Assembly: GCA_030141605.1 (NCBI GenBank)
Contig: JAQGDQ010000027.1
Span: 124,001-188,000 of the forward strand
Direction of reading: 5' to 3'
From: Tubiluchus corallicola
Taxonomy: Eukaryota > Animalia > Priapulida
Length of the DNA: 64,000 bases
The notes under the pieces are model-generated. The model made no database searches. It was given only the letters and a program-made list of their open reading frames with translations, and was not told the origin of the DNA. Position 1 is the stretch's first letter, and each line of letters begins with the position of its first letter. The translations under genes and the position numbers were made by a program. Shown here piece after piece: positions 24,764 through 39,725 of this stretch.

Positions 24764-25487
24764 CCGGGTGACACAAAATAGCGTTTCTGTCGTAATAATT
24801 CTTTCACGTAAGTTATTTTTGAAAAAACCGTATGTTTCCTTTCAATATTTGCAGGTTAGATTGTTTTGAACTACAGTTTAACATTGGGCCTGGTTTTGCT
24901 TTCTTTGGAAGTTAAAATTGTGAAACATAATATCATCTATGTAATTATGACACACTCGATGTGAATCATTGCTTTGTCTTGCTCATGCAGTCAGTTTTAG
25001 TATATTTGCGTGGAAAAAGAAAATTATGTGCAATAATTAAACGCAGTTTTTAATTACACTTTTCAATTAATTAGATGTCGGGTTTTGTACGGTTTCATTG
25101 AAAGAACTATTGCCGTAATTAATTATGTTTAATCAACAAGCGGAACTTTGATAAACTGCTGAACACATTTTGTACACACTGCATCATGATTAGTGCGAAT
25201 AATTTATTGATGGTGTTGTTTTTGTATTTAATTATCTGCACGCCGCCGCTCAGTCTACACATAACCTTATTTGTAAATTTTTTTACACCTTTTCTACCGA
25301 TCTACTTTTATTCGGACCTATCCAGAATTCATTTTTACGCAATATGTTAACCTTACCTTGGGAAGTTTAAACCAAACCGCAATAGATGTATTTACTGGGC
25401 AAATCATAACGGAAGACAGTCTCGTCTGATATACTTTATTTTGCTTTTTATTCGCTGGTTTCGAAGACAACCCATATGCTGATTTCG

Positions 25488-25552
25488 TATTGTTGTTGTT
25501 GTTGATATTATTGTTGCTGTTGTTGCTGCTGCTCTTGTTTGTTGTTGTTTTG
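25488..25552. repeat. (TTG/CTG)n repeat
   Basis: Directly visible. Confidence 0.85.
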
Positions 25553-28500
25553 TTAGGCACGTGGCAGTTTTAATTGATGTTAACTCACAAAAGCAAAGGG
25601 CTAGAATTTGCACGAAATTTCCAGAACTTAGACTCTTGGACTACAGATCTTGATAATGATGTGGTAAACTGTGATCTCTGTCAAAGGACCAAAACACTTC
25701 AGTCTTACTGCTATTTATGTGTACCTCTTTTGTTGTTCATATTTAATAATTTTAACAGTTTACAAGCGAGACTATATAATAGCCTTGCTTAGGCTTTAGG
25801 AAGATAATTCTAAAGAATGCTCATTCATATAGAGTGACAATGGCTTTTGTGAAATTATTGCCCATATAATAATCCAAAGGTAGGATTCGAAGACTCGAGG
25901 AAATCCTGACTAAATTAGGAAGTTGTCCTAATCGGGAATCTTCCTCGGGGAGCAATGACAAGCAATCATGGAAATACTGCTAACTGGGTTAGGCTTATGA
26001 ATCGCATGAGTGAATACAACAAACGAGTGTAATGTCACCAGAGAAATAACTCAACAAATGTTTGTACTACCGAAATGATTTCCCATGATCATGCAGGCCA
26101 TTATTAATAAGGTGAAACTAGCCGAATGTTCACGGCCTGTGCTTAATGACGAAGCTAAACAATACTGGGCCTAATTCGTAAATGAATTATTGTCCGACAA
26201 GGAAGCTAGAGTGTACACTTCTCCCGGTCCAGTGTCTCACCTATTCCTGATTGTGAGATACGTTCCGGTCCTGCTGCCGCATTGAAGATCATAAATAAAC
26301 CATGGATTGTGTGCTAAAATACCGGCATTGATGTGCAGTATAATTATGGGGCTAAAAGTTGCAGAAGTTGCTCATCCTATTAAAATTCCATTCAGTTTTC
26401 CATTTTTTTCCGAATAAATGACAGTAACACTTGTAAATTATTTAAGGATTGTTCGTGTTTCGAAATGCTTCTTGAACGTCAGTCACACGTCACCAACTTT
26501 CGAAGGATAGTTCCAGATAGTGGAGGAAAAAGAGCACGGCATAGGCAGTTCTCTTAAACAGAGAGAGATCTTCCACTTTTTTGTTTGAAAGAGCTTTATT
26601 TTGATAGGATTGTAGGTTTTATGAACTTTCTTCATTTATATAGTAATATAATTACCCTGACTTGCCTTAGATCTGACGCAGCCGTGACTGGATGAAACTA
26701 GTGCTTCTGTTTAGCTTTAAGAACAGCGGTGTTTTCCTTTTGATGGATTGAGCTGAAAGGGCCCTTGAGAAAAATGATTTCCTGGCAATTCTTACAATCG
26801 TTCAAAGATCGGTAACAGAAAAACTGTTAAATTGTCTCCCCGTTGGGTATGTTCTACAACTTCTGTTGCGTTACTAGAAAAACATAATACATGATACGCA
26901 GTATAAGTCTTGTGGAAAGTTTTTATCATTAATGTATGTTTGACTTACGTAAGTAAATTTGAAGGTGACGTATCAAAACTATCATTAATTTTAGGGTCAT
27001 CCGAGAACGTTTCTATAGTACGCTCGACAAGGAACCCTTATTAGACAAACCCAACTAGACGACCGTTATTTATTTCATGCTTTTAAGTGGATTTCTATGA
27101 CAGTTGAAACGGTCTTCTCTAATAATTTGTTTTGTACGTTTCTGTACATCTGAGTTATTACAAAGAAATTATTGATGTGTACTTATTTCGACACAGACAT
27201 TTGAACACGGGACATTTTTAGCTGAACTACATGAGGTGTTGAAATTAAAGAAGGTACAAAAGAAAACTGCTAAATAAAGACTGTTAGTCTTTGCTTAAAC
27301 GCACACTTTGATAAAAGTAAAAATTCCTTTCTTGGTATCCTCCTTTTTCTTGTCAGTTACGTGCCTGTTGAGCAGAACCAAAAGAATGTTATTCACTCAC
27401 TAACAGCATACAGCCACTTAATAGTGTGTCAATCCGTCACCAATTTCAACAATAGCCGTTGCCATCACGCAGCCTTTCTGATCACTTACCAATGTCCCTG
27501 CACTAGTGTCCAGTTTCGTGAAGACCATGATCAATAAAGCACATCCATTTCACATTAGTCTTTAACCGTAATCGGAAGGCGTCTTTGATTACAAGACTCT
27601 CATTCAGGAATTAGCAATAACAGACTCTGCAATGGTTTCGATTAACCTAGCTAAGTGTTAGATTGTGTAACAGCTAAGCACAGAGGATTGTAAATAGACT
27701 AATATATGCCATCAGCCACATCACCTCTGTGTGTGTAATCAAATCGTCTCTACCCTAACCGTGGTGCAAAGATAATGTTTTTAAATGACTTGTATAAAGA
27801 TTGCTCAGATCTTTGTCACCAGACACGTGGACACAGTGTAATAATAAGAGCTATTATTATACTGTGACGTAGGCCTGGAAAATATGTTCGAAGAACGCGC
27901 TTTCAGCCCAGCTATAACTTTCCAGGGGTTTGGCGTGACAGCGTTTATTGCTTATTTTGACACGCAGTATTTATTTGACCTGTCTAGTCGTTAATTCTTT
28001 ATAGGAATTAAGACTAAATTGCCTTTTTGCCGCCATAAACTCGCACGGTATGTAGTCATTATCCTTGGTAAACAACATGCAGCCGACGTTGACCACATTT
28101 TGACATTTTATTTGGCTTTCGAGACATCTTATCCTGTTGTTCAGATTTCAAAACGATATGCGCCCTGACTTCGAGGCAACATTTACTTTTGTAAATATAG
28201 CATGTGTTGAGGAAAAGAAGCACGCTTTAACAATACCTTGCTGCCAACTTATCAAGGCTTCTCACTCGGCTACTGGAAAAATTCGACAGCCAGTCTATAG
28301 CAATGCACGTACTTGCTCGTGTGGAAAATTTCAATGTCTAATCTTGATTAAACTAAATGACCGTGTTGATTAACTAGCCTAATTATGCGCTCAGATAATT
28401 AGGAGGCTTTGCTGCGTCATTCGTGTCTATGCGTTGAACTATGTTAATAACATCAGCAGTAATGCGAAACAAACTTTTCACTTTATAAAGGAGTACATTA

Positions 28501-28724
28501 AACCCGGCGGCAATTTTTGCATAGTAATTGAGTTGATGTTACTTTAATTTGACTTAGTTATGCTCTTTGTCAAATGGTCGGTCAAGTTATACTTGTAGTC
28601 ATCTATCCAATTACAACCTAGGGCAGTGCAACAGTTCAGATATCGGAAAACAGTTCTGAACTACATAGCCAACTAAAACGATGGCTTCATAAAATGTAGA
28701 CAGCGTTAAACGAAAGGTTAGTTA

Positions 28725-29110
28725 TAGGGTGACATGGGCTAATGTCGGACAATGAGTTTTACGTTTTCTTAAAACTCATTAAGTTACATGAATGTTCTTT
28801 TTTGTTTCATTATTAATAGTGCTACATTACATCTCTAGAATAGCTTTTTTGCCATTTTTCGTTTGCTGTTAATGATGTCCGACGTTACCCTGCCAAACTG
28901 TCCGACATTACCCCGTTCTTTAAAATGACATAGGAAAACGTTTAATTATCCCACCATTTTACATTTCTTGCAGCAACCCGCTTTCCCGTATTGCCAAATT
29001 CCTCAACAAATAGTTTTAGTTCATCAGGCATTATTCCGACAAAATTGTAAAAATATAGTTAGAAACCTTATTAGCGCCAATTTTGTCTGACATTGGCCCA
29101 TTTTACCCCA
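28725..29110. mobile_element. Tc1/mariner (pogo-like) MITE with TA target duplication
   Basis: TIR tagggtgacatgggctaatgtcggaca matches the reverse complement of the right end, tggggtaaaatgggccaatgtcagaca. TA at 28723-28724 and 29111-29112. Two internal TIR-like copies tgtccgacRttaccc near 28876-28915. Confidence 0.8.
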
Positions 29111-32100
29111 TATGATGTTACATTTTATTGTAAAGAGTTGCGCTATTATAAAAATACAGGTAATGGATTAACATTTTAGGTCGGGTTTCTTCACCCCTTT
29201 CAAGTTTATGATGAGCGGTGAGATGAAACAGTTTTTTTTCGACTGTCTCTCTTCTCTGACTGTTTAACCATATGCCGCCTAATAATATCAATTATGTTAT
29301 CGAATTTTAAAAACAGCATCGCAAGCAAAATAATATTAATCCCCACTAAGGGATAAAGCAAAATGGCTTCTGTGTATTCATTAAGTAATGTATTACATAA
29401 TCTGCTTAAAGTTCAGCTGATGCATCATGGGATAAACCCATATAATGTCGGTCGTGCGGTCAACTATTTGCAGCGTGTATTCCAAAACGTATTTATAAAA
29501 TCATTCATATGAAGTGATATGTCAAGTGCGGTTTAGGTTCGAGGTTAAAGGACCACTAGGCAAAGCAAGACAGGCTAAAGGACCAGGCGAGCAGGCCTAT
29601 TTATTAAACAAATTTTATAATACTGTCCTCAGCACATAGGCTGGAGTCTTTTGACCAGTGGCTTTCTATCCATTTCTGTAGTAGGCGATTCTTTGACCAC
29701 CTCAAAATGTGGAATATGGTCCTATGAGTAGTAGCCTTTTGGTTCAGCGAGTTTTGGTCCATTGTGAGTTATATGTCTTGTGTTTGACCTTATCGTGTTT
29801 CGATCTACCCTTGAAAGTGGCGGTGTACAACGATTGACTATGATGGGTATTGGACACATTTGTGACTCAGTGCTGATAGCTTCTGTAGGAAACCCTCTCC
29901 AGATTCCGGCATCTCTTCTGTACCTTTCTTGGATTCTTAACCAAGAAAGAGATGGAGAAAAACCAAAGAGATGGAGATGCCACAAACCAAAGACCAGGAA
30001 ACCTTTGGGTTTTAGTTAAGAAGGGATTTTTAAGTTCATAATCCCATTTCTGATTAATCTGTGTAATTAGAGAAAGTTGCCATTTTCTCCCCGAACTACA
30101 GTTGTTCAAAATCGTAAAAAATAATAGAACGCGAAATAAGAGAGAACTAACTTGTGACCGTTGTTGTCCATACTGCTTTATGTTACGCAGTTTTTCATAA
30201 GCTGGAGAGGTGATATAGAAATTCACAGCTGCCTCTGTGATCACTCAAGTAGGCATGCATTATGCATTTCCTAATTTGGAATTATTCACGCCTACCTTTT
30301 TCATGTTTTTGTAATGTTGTTACTCACAATCTGATTTTTTGTGGAGAATGCACTTGACGCATAACAAAAACTGCGTGCTAAGACGAAAACCTTGGCTGGA
30401 AAAAAAGGCTGCAGCCGGCAGCTACAGAGCTTTTAATAATAGATCTAGGTATACGTAGGTTTAACTAGCTTGTCCTCTTCCAAATTTCGAAAACTTAACG
30501 CTAAATTAGCCATCAGCTGTCTATTAGATCACATCTTTTTCTAGTTGTGTTACATTTGGTCATTTAGCTCTACTATATTTGCTCGTTTTTGTAGTAGTGA
30601 AACATGTGCTTATTTATGCAATTCAGAATCAAATTTCATTTGTTCACAAGTCCAGTATGTATAGGTACATTGTCGTATATACTTTTAGTTCTGTGTCGTA
30701 GCGAGCATGTCCACTTTTTGTCAATTCATTTCAGCATTTTCAGTTTTTTAAAATGAACTATAATGAACTATACCGACTACATATTGGCCTACAAATATAA
30801 AACTTAAATTCCTTATTGACTTGTTTCTCAAATTTTTAGTTCAAAAGCTAAGACTAAAGACTAAATTGTTTTTCTGGGTCTTTCTCTGTACGCATGTAGG
30901 TTTACCAAGTATAACAAATCATGGCTGATGAGTGCAGTGGTTATTGAAAAATCCGTAATCCTATAAATGGGTTTTCCCTACAAAATCTGATTCTGAAACG
31001 AAAAAGTATATGTATTTCATTCTAAGTTGTTGCTCCTCGCTGCACTATTTGAGGATTATACGATTTCAATTACTCTCCAGAATTACACATTGCCCTGTGT
31101 AAATTAGCACGACGTGTTGAAATTACGATGAAGGAAAGGTCGTAAACAAGAAGTTGAGACGAATTATTATTCTGCGAAGATGTGGTAACAGCTAAATTAA
31201 TAAAATTATATGCGTCAGCATTTGCATACGAAGATATTTATGTAAATGACACACAGTACTTAAATGAATTTGCCCACCCTAGTGGCAGTAAAGATTAGTT
31301 TTCATTTGTGCGTATTTTTATCAATTTCTTTCACTACCACTAATTATAATTTTGTTATGCAAATCTTACGGTATACATTATACCATGTACCTTTATTTGG
31401 CATTAAAATGTGTTTATAAAAAACGGTCACTTAAACCCGTTTGCTGTAAAGTCTCTACAAAGAACTTAAACAGAATAATACTAAGGTCTACTGCAAATGA
31501 TTCGAAACGTTTCATTCGTTCACTGGGTCAGAAATCACAAAAAATACCAGAGTGTGAAACTGTGAAACTCGTTACCTCCTCGTATCACAAACTTTAGTGC
31601 TCTGAGTATTTTAGCCAAAAGATATGAAAGAGATTTATTGTCAGCATATCCTACTAATTAAATGTTAATAAAATCAGCTTTTATTTTGACTTGTTTCGTT
31701 TCATAGATTTTTTATTCTTGTTTATTTATTAGCCAGATTTTGCAGTTTTATGCATGTCAAATGTTACACATTTTTACTTTAGTCTTGAGTTATCTTGTGT
31801 TGTTTTACTTCTGTTTCTTTGTTTATTGCCAAAATTCAAAAGTATCACGCATTTATTGAGTGCATCAATTATCATTTGTCATTGTCAAATGTCTTGCATT
31901 TTTAATTCAACCTTTATTTATCTTGGGTTGTCTCATTTGATAGACTTTTTAATTTGTCTTGGTTTATCTTGACTTATTTCATTTGATTTTGTTTTGTTTC
32001 GTTGCTTGTTGCACAAATTTGAGTTTCATGCATGTATTTTCTTCCATAATTATCATACAACATACAACATGCTGATTATTATAAGTTATATTATTTAATT

Positions 32101-32169
32101 TTGTTTTTGCTTAACTTGTATTTATTACTTGTAATACATAGTACACTTGTGATATTATTATTACTTTTT

Positions 32170-32175
32170 TGTTTA

Positions 32176-32266
<91 letters not shown>

Positions 32267-32316
32267 ATTATTATTATCATCATCATCATTATCATCATCA
32301 TCATCATTATTATTAT
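32170..32316. repeat. Compound (TTA)n-(TCA)n microsatellite
   Basis: Directly visible; explains the poly-N and poly-L ORFs. Confidence 0.97.
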
Positions 32317-33635
32317 ACATTTTTATTTATTACGTTGAAAATGAACTTAAATGAACGAATTTCGAAAAACAAAAATATGAAATTTGTAAATACAGCTGGA
32401 TGATTTATAGTGCGTTCGCTACTCTTTTTCCATATGATTAATCTTTATTTAATACCAAGTAGGCTGTTAAAGAATATTTATTATTTTGCTAAGTTGTCAA
32501 AATTGTCATCGTCTTTTACGTACTGTCAGACTTATGGGACATAGTAAATATTATTTTATTCTGAATCTCTTTAAAAAGAGAGAGTGATAGAGACGAGCCA
32601 AGCTGTCAAAGAACTTCAGAACAAAGAAAGCAAACATTTAAAACGATTTTTGGCCAACTAAAAATAGAATCGATAAAAATGTCTCGAAAATCTACTGAAC
32701 TGCGAAAACATAATTGGAAACGTGTTTCTGCTACATTTCTTAAACTCGTGTGGAGAAAGTTTTGAACAAAAGGAAACGTTTATACGGCGCATTTGGGATT
32801 GAGGTACGAGGAAAACGTTTATACTGGAAATGTGCAAGTGTAAATTCGGAAGCATAGACTATATATGCCTATAATGGACCTTTGTAAAAATTACTTATAG
32901 ATTTTAACGTAGGAAAGGACAAAGTAGCTTTGTATTTCACTTCGTTCATAAAAGAATTATGAGTTGTAACTGACGGAATTGCTGTAGTTTCTATAAATTT
33001 TATCACACAAATTTCGTTCGTATTTAGAAATATGCTTTATTTCATGAAAGAAGTGAGACTTTACGTAGGATGTATTCGCAACCCAATTAACTACATAGCT
33101 AATTAATTAAATAGGTAAAATTACATAATTTTGTCATTGTAGTCGCAGCTTACAGCCATTTAATACGCATTTTCGCCCCGTACAAAATTCTTTCTTTGCT
33201 TCAGTTATCAAAGCTTGCTCTAGTAAAACTCAATTCTGTCTTAACTCGTCAAAATCAATTTAGCGGAAGCTGTTGCATATTTTACAAGTTTAGAGTCGGT
33301 TAGGCCCTTTAGTGGACCTCGCTAATACACTTGACCTAATTCATGTTAGCAGCAATGCTTGCCAGAGATGAGCTGTTACGGTTTTTTATTTGCATAGCAT
33401 TGTCATACACGAGCTTTAATCAATTCTAACTGTGGTTTTAATAATGTTCCTTCCAGAGATTATGAATCACATGAGTGACATCATCTTGGTTAATTTCCCT
33501 GATGTATGCAGGGCAATACAATGGCTCCATCAGAATGCGTCTCATGGACACTCCTCTATATACCCATCTTGCAATAGACGACTTGTTGCAACTTATTATG
33601 GTAACGTTTCGCAGGATGCCCTGTTGCTAACTTGC

Positions 33636-33897
33636 TGTTGCCGTTGCCAATTATAATGCAATCCGCGATGTTGTGTTTTCCGCTCTTGTTGTTGTTGTTC
33701 TTTATGTAATAAGTTTTTATCTTGTGATGTCACAATAGGTAAAACTGTATTCTAATTTTTTTAGAAAAAAAGGTTTTGGTTTTCGTTGGTATTGTTGTTA
33801 TGACAACAAAAAACAAAATGAAAAACGTTCCGTGACAACGGTAAATGGCGATCTAGATAACATAATCACTAAAAACAAATTCCTTGACAACGGTAAC
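33636..33897. mobile_element. Degenerate palindromic element (MITE-like)
   Basis: gttgccgttgccaa is inverted with ttgacaacggtaac. Internal palindromes ttgtgatgtcacaa and ttgttgttatgacaacaa. Confidence 0.4.
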
Positions 33898-36042
33898 TAA
33901 CTTTCTAAATATTTACCCCTTTAACCCAGAGTAACCCATTTCGCCTTCGACTAGTTCTGTTAATACTAAGTTTGAAGATTTGTGTTTCGTTGCTGAAGCT
34001 AAATTTTGTTTTTTAGCATTAGTGTATCTCCTGATTAAGCCTGTAACCACAAAAACGACATAAACTCTCCGTTTTCAGTTTTTTTTTGCAAAGCTGTTGT
34101 ACTGCACACAATTAGTTTTAATTTTTTATCTTCATACACATTCTGTACTATGGCTTATGTGAAATAAATAAGTAAAAGTAATTACAAAATACTGAAGCAC
34201 GTTAAATTGTATGCATTGCGTGGTTGTCTTAAATTTTACAGATCTGTCGAATGTGTTACAATCGCCAATTGCACAATAAATTACAAATTGTGTTGCGCGT
34301 AGACCACTCAAGCACCACTGACCACTGGTATCAACCCCGAGGCTGCGTAGAAATTCTCATTTTAAACTCAATCAAAACAAGTTTACCGGGATTGCCGTCG
34401 CCTGAGCATCATCATCTTCCGCCTCTCCCCAAGGACCTCATTTGTCTCGTTTCTTGCATTAGAAAAGAATTTAGCTACCGTTAACCGGTGGCTCACTTAA
34501 TGTCTGCTTCCCTTATTGTTGGGCTAATTTAATGACTTGCTGAAATGGTCCTGGCGGACTTGTAGTCTTGCCACACTTGATGTGAACAACTACTGCAATT
34601 GTCCGAGACTTTCTTGTCTTTACTGATGAACTGTTGATGCCGGGGGTAATGAGTTAAATGCAGGTGCTCTTTTCAGGTTGTCAGGAATTGCGCTTAAGTT
34701 TTACGTAAAATGTTACGTAACTTCAAAATAATATCAGAAACCATGGAAGTTCTTTGCTTGTTTTGGAAGCGCCAATACTTTTGCCCTCAAATCCTATTTG
34801 TGAAGTCTTAGCACACAAACAATAACAAATAAATAAACGTGAGTTCAGATTTGTGAAATCATCTTACACTGATTTTATTATGTTATTTTTAAAAAACGTA
34901 CGTCTTTTCTTTAGAAGACAAAAGGCACACTGCAATTTATTAACGAATCTTACCAAATTTCTTGTCTGCGTCTTAGTGAGATACAGTTGGGTATGATGTT
35001 TCATAAAAAGGCATGATGAATAAAAGATGTTTTAAGCTTGGTACTTCGGTGAAATATTTGTAAATTTAGAACAAACATAAAACACAAATGTTCTAAAAGA
35101 GTATCACCACTATATTCAATCTAATCTCGTATCCCATTTCTGAAAAAAGTGAAACGTTATTATTGCTAGATTGAAGCAACGAATTAGAAACAATATTCGT
35201 TGGAAGTTTTTGTTTGTTTCTAATTTGACAAATTTAGACAATAAAATTTGTCTAACAAACACATAACAAAAATCATCTCAGGTTTAGTATCATTATCTTA
35301 AGAATTTACAAATAAGCAGTTCGAGAAACTTGTTTTTTTACGTATTTTAAAAAAAAATTGCTAATTTTCATTAATGACAAAATAGGTAGTGCTCAAAGAG
35401 TCACGTGACCCCAGTATCGAGAAACAAAGCAGCAATAAGTATCGAAAAAAATTAAGCGAAGTATATATTTGCAGCTGCAACAGTGTTATATAAGTTAAAC
35501 TACAAATGATTCTTCGAAAGCTTTCCTGCGTCGTTTACGTTACGAGCTGTAATGCTGGTGTCATTTAGTCTAATTGCAATACCCATTGCATTCACAGCCA
35601 GACTATCAAGTTTCTAGGCTAATTACCTTCCCAGCTCCCCTCTGCTTTATGAAGTAGTGAGAATTCCAGTCGTTGTATTAGAAAGCGGAATAACGTAAGA
35701 ACAAAATTTTATTGCTACCGAATTGTACAAGACGACATGTCTGCAATTCAATGAGTCGTATGTGGAGAGAAACTTAATGAAGGGTGATTTGTTCAGGTTG
35801 CCCTAATGGCAGTATTATTGATGCCTGCCCTGTACCAGTTTAATTCTAACGTCAAATGTGGAGCTGCGGCTCGTTTGTTGTCGGCTTGGCAGATGTCTTT
35901 TGGAGCAAAGAAAAGACACCATGAGATCATGCACTGTAGTATAAGCCACTATTGCTAAAAATAATTGTATGCGTTTACAAAAGGATTCAGCTATGTGAAG
36001 TGATTAAGGATTAAGTGATTGAGTTTTTATGGCAAATAAAGG

Positions 36043-36090
36043 TTATATATATATATATATAATATATTAATATAATATATAATATAATAT

Positions 36091-36140
<50 letters not shown>
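36043..36140. repeat. (TA)n microsatellite
   Basis: Directly visible. Confidence 0.95.
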
Positions 36141-36142
<2 letters not shown>

Positions 36143-36951
36143 AGGAGTTATGAAGGGATTACCATGCAATATTTTGAATTGAATTTATTGACTAACAGGG
36201 ATATTATTAATAATACATCACATACATAGTTGTAAAGAGTTAGTCCAAATTAAAAACAATATCGGTGACGATGATTCTACATGATCACACAGATAAAAAC
36301 GCTAACATACAATGAACGAAGTGATTACAACAAAGTGATGTCATATAGTAGTTAAAATATAAAAGGTATGATAAATATAACAGTCAATTAAAATAAAGAA
36401 CTAAATTTATAAGACTTATTTGTAGACAACTATAGGATCAAATGATATGAATAGTTTGCTAAATATTTCAATGAACATTGATTCAAATAAAAATTGATTC
36501 AAGTATAGTATTGTTGTATAGTTTCATTATTTCGGCTACTGCATTTATGCTATCGATTATATTGTTAGACTTAAAAATATCATATAAGGAATTAAAGTTA
36601 CTATAGGTATACTGATTTCCGATAGTATTTGACATCAAACAAATACATACATAATACAAATAAATGACTAACTGCAGACACATCCGAAAAAGCAAGAACT
36701 GTGTCCACGTCCATGTTCCCGCTGCGCGCTGCGCAAGTCAGTGTGGTAGCCGAGACGTTCTCGAGAGTCAAACTTAGCTAATGTGTCTAAAATGTTGTTT
36801 ACAGAAGTGTCCAGTTTTACTTGTAAACATTCAGCCGCCTCTCAAGACGACTCGCTTAGTTTCGTAATAGATGTTGGATATTATAACAGTTACTCTTGTA
36901 AATGCTGTGACTGTTTAAAATGTGAGAGGATGTTACACAACGTTTTCTTTC

Positions 36952-37016
36952 GTGTAGCTGTGTAGTATAGCCGCTCTGGAAACAGAAGGTCTTGGGTTCG
37001 ATTCCCTGCCGAGCGA
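36952..37016 (+). pseudogene. tRNA-like fragment / SINE head
   Basis: tagctgtgtagta (A-box-like) ... gaaggtcttgggttcgattccc (T-arm/B box). No complete cloverleaf found. Confidence 0.5.
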
Positions 37017-38559
37017 AATAATTTTCATATTTTCTAATTTAGCATTGTCTTTGTGCATTTATATAATTTACCTATTCTCGGTATTCGTTGTAGTTATATT
37101 TTGAATTGCTGATGCTGGTATTAACACCGAAATAATTTGTGCAAAGGATTCTTCTGTTCTTGACAATGTTCAGGCATGTGAAGAAATTTTATCAACCGAA
37201 ATGATATACATAAGTATTGTTAAATTAACTTGCCTAAATTGCTTTCAAGCATTAAATGTGTCCCTGCAACACATGCAGACTGTTTTGCACTCGTATAAAC
37301 TATGAAACTTGAGTGTCCAACTAATTCCTGCCCATCTATCACAATATTATTCAATACAATATGAAGAAAAATCTGCTGCTGCAATGCAGTTTGGAAAGAA
37401 TATTTTTCCTGCTCGCAACTCGTCTCTTTTACATCATTACTTCCTGCAACGAGACACCACTGCCAGATGCGAATCTCATTAAATTTGCTCATCCAAATAG
37501 CAAATGTTATCGTAAAAGCAATAACCAACGCCTTAGGTGTCCGTGCTTGGTTTTTCTTTGGCGTGTGGTCAGTTTGTGGGTCAGTGCATATACGTCATCT
37601 CTAGGGATAACCAGCAGATGGGTAGGCACAATAGGCTTGTCTGAATGATGATGTTGAGACGGTTCCTCATCATTCTCTTCGTGGGTGTAGAGTTACACAG
37701 TTTGACAGATGCTCCCACCATTGACTCTGTGCACTTCAAGAGGCATCAGTTTTGTTGTAGTAGCCGGAAAGAAACAACGTTTAGCTGCGGAACAGAAACT
37801 TGGCGGCGACATAAAAACTTTTTTATGGCGTGAATAAATGTTATGAATCTTTTGTTTGTTTGTAGCGTTTCGTTTAGATTTGTTGTTAAAGTTGTTGATG
37901 ATACGACGACGACATAATTGTAAGTTTATTTTCTACAATTTTAGTTGTTTTGCTATATTTTTCCACTTAACAGTAGATTTAATCTGTAAATCTGTTATGT
38001 TAGCCTCTTAATACTGCTATCCATATCTTATTTCTCTAATGTTTCTCCAGCAGTAGTAGTATTGAGTACTATGTGGAATTCAGAAAAACGTATTTTTGAA
38101 AACCACTCTTCTGTATTGTCTATCGTGATCGTGTACTTGGTAAAATCAATCCTCCAACGTAGTTCAGTATAGTCTGTTCAGCCAAACGAAATCACATTTT
38201 CTTTCAAACTTTAAATGTAAAGATAAAGTGCATAGCAACTTTTACTTAGATTTAAACTAAAAGCCATTACGTATTTTAACGCCACCTGTGGTTTTGTTGA
38301 TCGAAAATGGTTGTAACCTAACATACGAACAAAAAGAAAGCTTGTAAAATCTCGCGTGTTATCAGCGCTTGTCAATGCTGATTCACACTGGTTTGTGCAC
38401 ATAACGGACGCAAGAATCGGAATGCTGATTCTTTTGCTATACATTGCCTCTTTTTTCAAAAGACAGTTTTTTTGGAAATATCTTGTCAGAAACAGCACAG
38501 AAGAAAACTAATGTGACAGCACTCAATAGACGTACAAATCCACGCATTCAGATAGTCAC

Positions 38560-38790
38560 CATCAGGAAAATTTATTATTTACCATGTGACCTCGACTTTT
38601 GACCTTTAGAGTAAAACGTAGTGGGTTTCCAGATCCTTCCCAGAGCCACCTTATGCCAAATTTAATGACTAATTTAATAACTTTGTCTACGTATCCTATC
38701 ACACAGAGAGATAAACAGACAGACACACTGACAGATAAACAGACAAACAGAATAAACGCCTTACTTTTTGGCCTATTATACTCCGACATA
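38560..38790. mobile_element. HINE/DINE-like non-autonomous element
   Basis: tgacctcgacttttgaccttt core, gccaaatttaat motif and (ACAG)n microsatellite; same layout as 16160-16420. Confidence 0.5.
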
Positions 38791-39524
38791 TCCCAAAAAC
38801 GTAGAGAATACTGGACATCATTAAAATTTGTTTCTGAAGTTCTATAAATGCTACTCGGTGACATCGAATCTCTCGCATTTGTCGTTAAAACAGATCTTGA
38901 GCAAGAGAAGAAATCATAGATTTATCGCAAGCAGTAAATCGTCAGAGTTTTCACACTGTTTTCACAACGCTATTATTCAGCTAGAGCAAGGTGAAATAAA
39001 TTACATGTAAATTTGTGATTAGCACGTGCGAATGAAAAGGCCAAGTTATAATTTTGAGTTGTTTAATTTCCTGAAACTTCTTATGTGTTGGTGGTTCTGT
39101 TTCATAAAAAAACACATAAAATTTTATATTAAACGTAATATATGTTACCTTCATTTTTCTGTAACTTTATTACTTCTCTTGTTGATACAAATATCCTCTT
39201 TATCTGATGCACATTCTTGCTAAATCTTGCACGTTTTAGTTGTTGCTTTTTAATAGGTTGATTCAGTGAATGACTAATTATTAACCACGATCTTCATGAA
39301 TTATAATCAAGTCAGATCAGATTAATTTATACTGATGCTCAAGTAAGCTGAAAGATAGCTGTCGCGAAATTGTTTTTGTCTGTAAATTTTTGTTCATTTC
39401 TTTGTCTGTTTTGCCTCTTACTTGTTTGCTCGTTCGTTATCTGTTCATCTGTCGTCTGTCTCATCTGTGTGTTTTTTGATTTGTTTGTCTGAGGTTTGTT
39501 GATTTCATTTGTTCACCAGAGAGG

Positions 39525-39725
39525 TATAATAATAATTTCTTTTAGAACATAATCCAGGGATAACACGTTAATTAACTCAATACTTATTTCCAAGATGGCC
39601 CCGATAATTAATACTCGCCGCGTTACTTCATAATCTGCATAATGGTCAAAGAACCAGCGGTACCATTTTTCAAGATTTTTGTATCATTCGGTCGGGAGTT
39701 GAACCATATGCTGCCGTTGAGCTTA
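39525..39725 (-). mobile_element. Degenerate tRNA-derived SINE
   Basis: Minus strand ggttcaactcccgaccgaatgatacaaaaatcttgaaaaatggtacc (B box plus typical post-tRNA core), ending in an attattatta tail. Confidence 0.55.

Noticed and set aside
29722-30244. Cluster of overlapping 79-125 aa ORFs
   Set aside because: No recognisable motifs and no consistent splice-bounded frame; treated as chance ORFs.
30920-30960. CTGATGA...GAAA hammerhead ribozyme core
   Set aside because: Stem II cannot form (G-U then U-U) and stems I/III are not evident. Other CTGATGA sites (about 20744 and 46533) lack a paired GAAA.
32111-32354. Poly-Asn and poly-Leu ORFs
   Set aside because: Translation of the (TTA)n/(TCA)n microsatellite.
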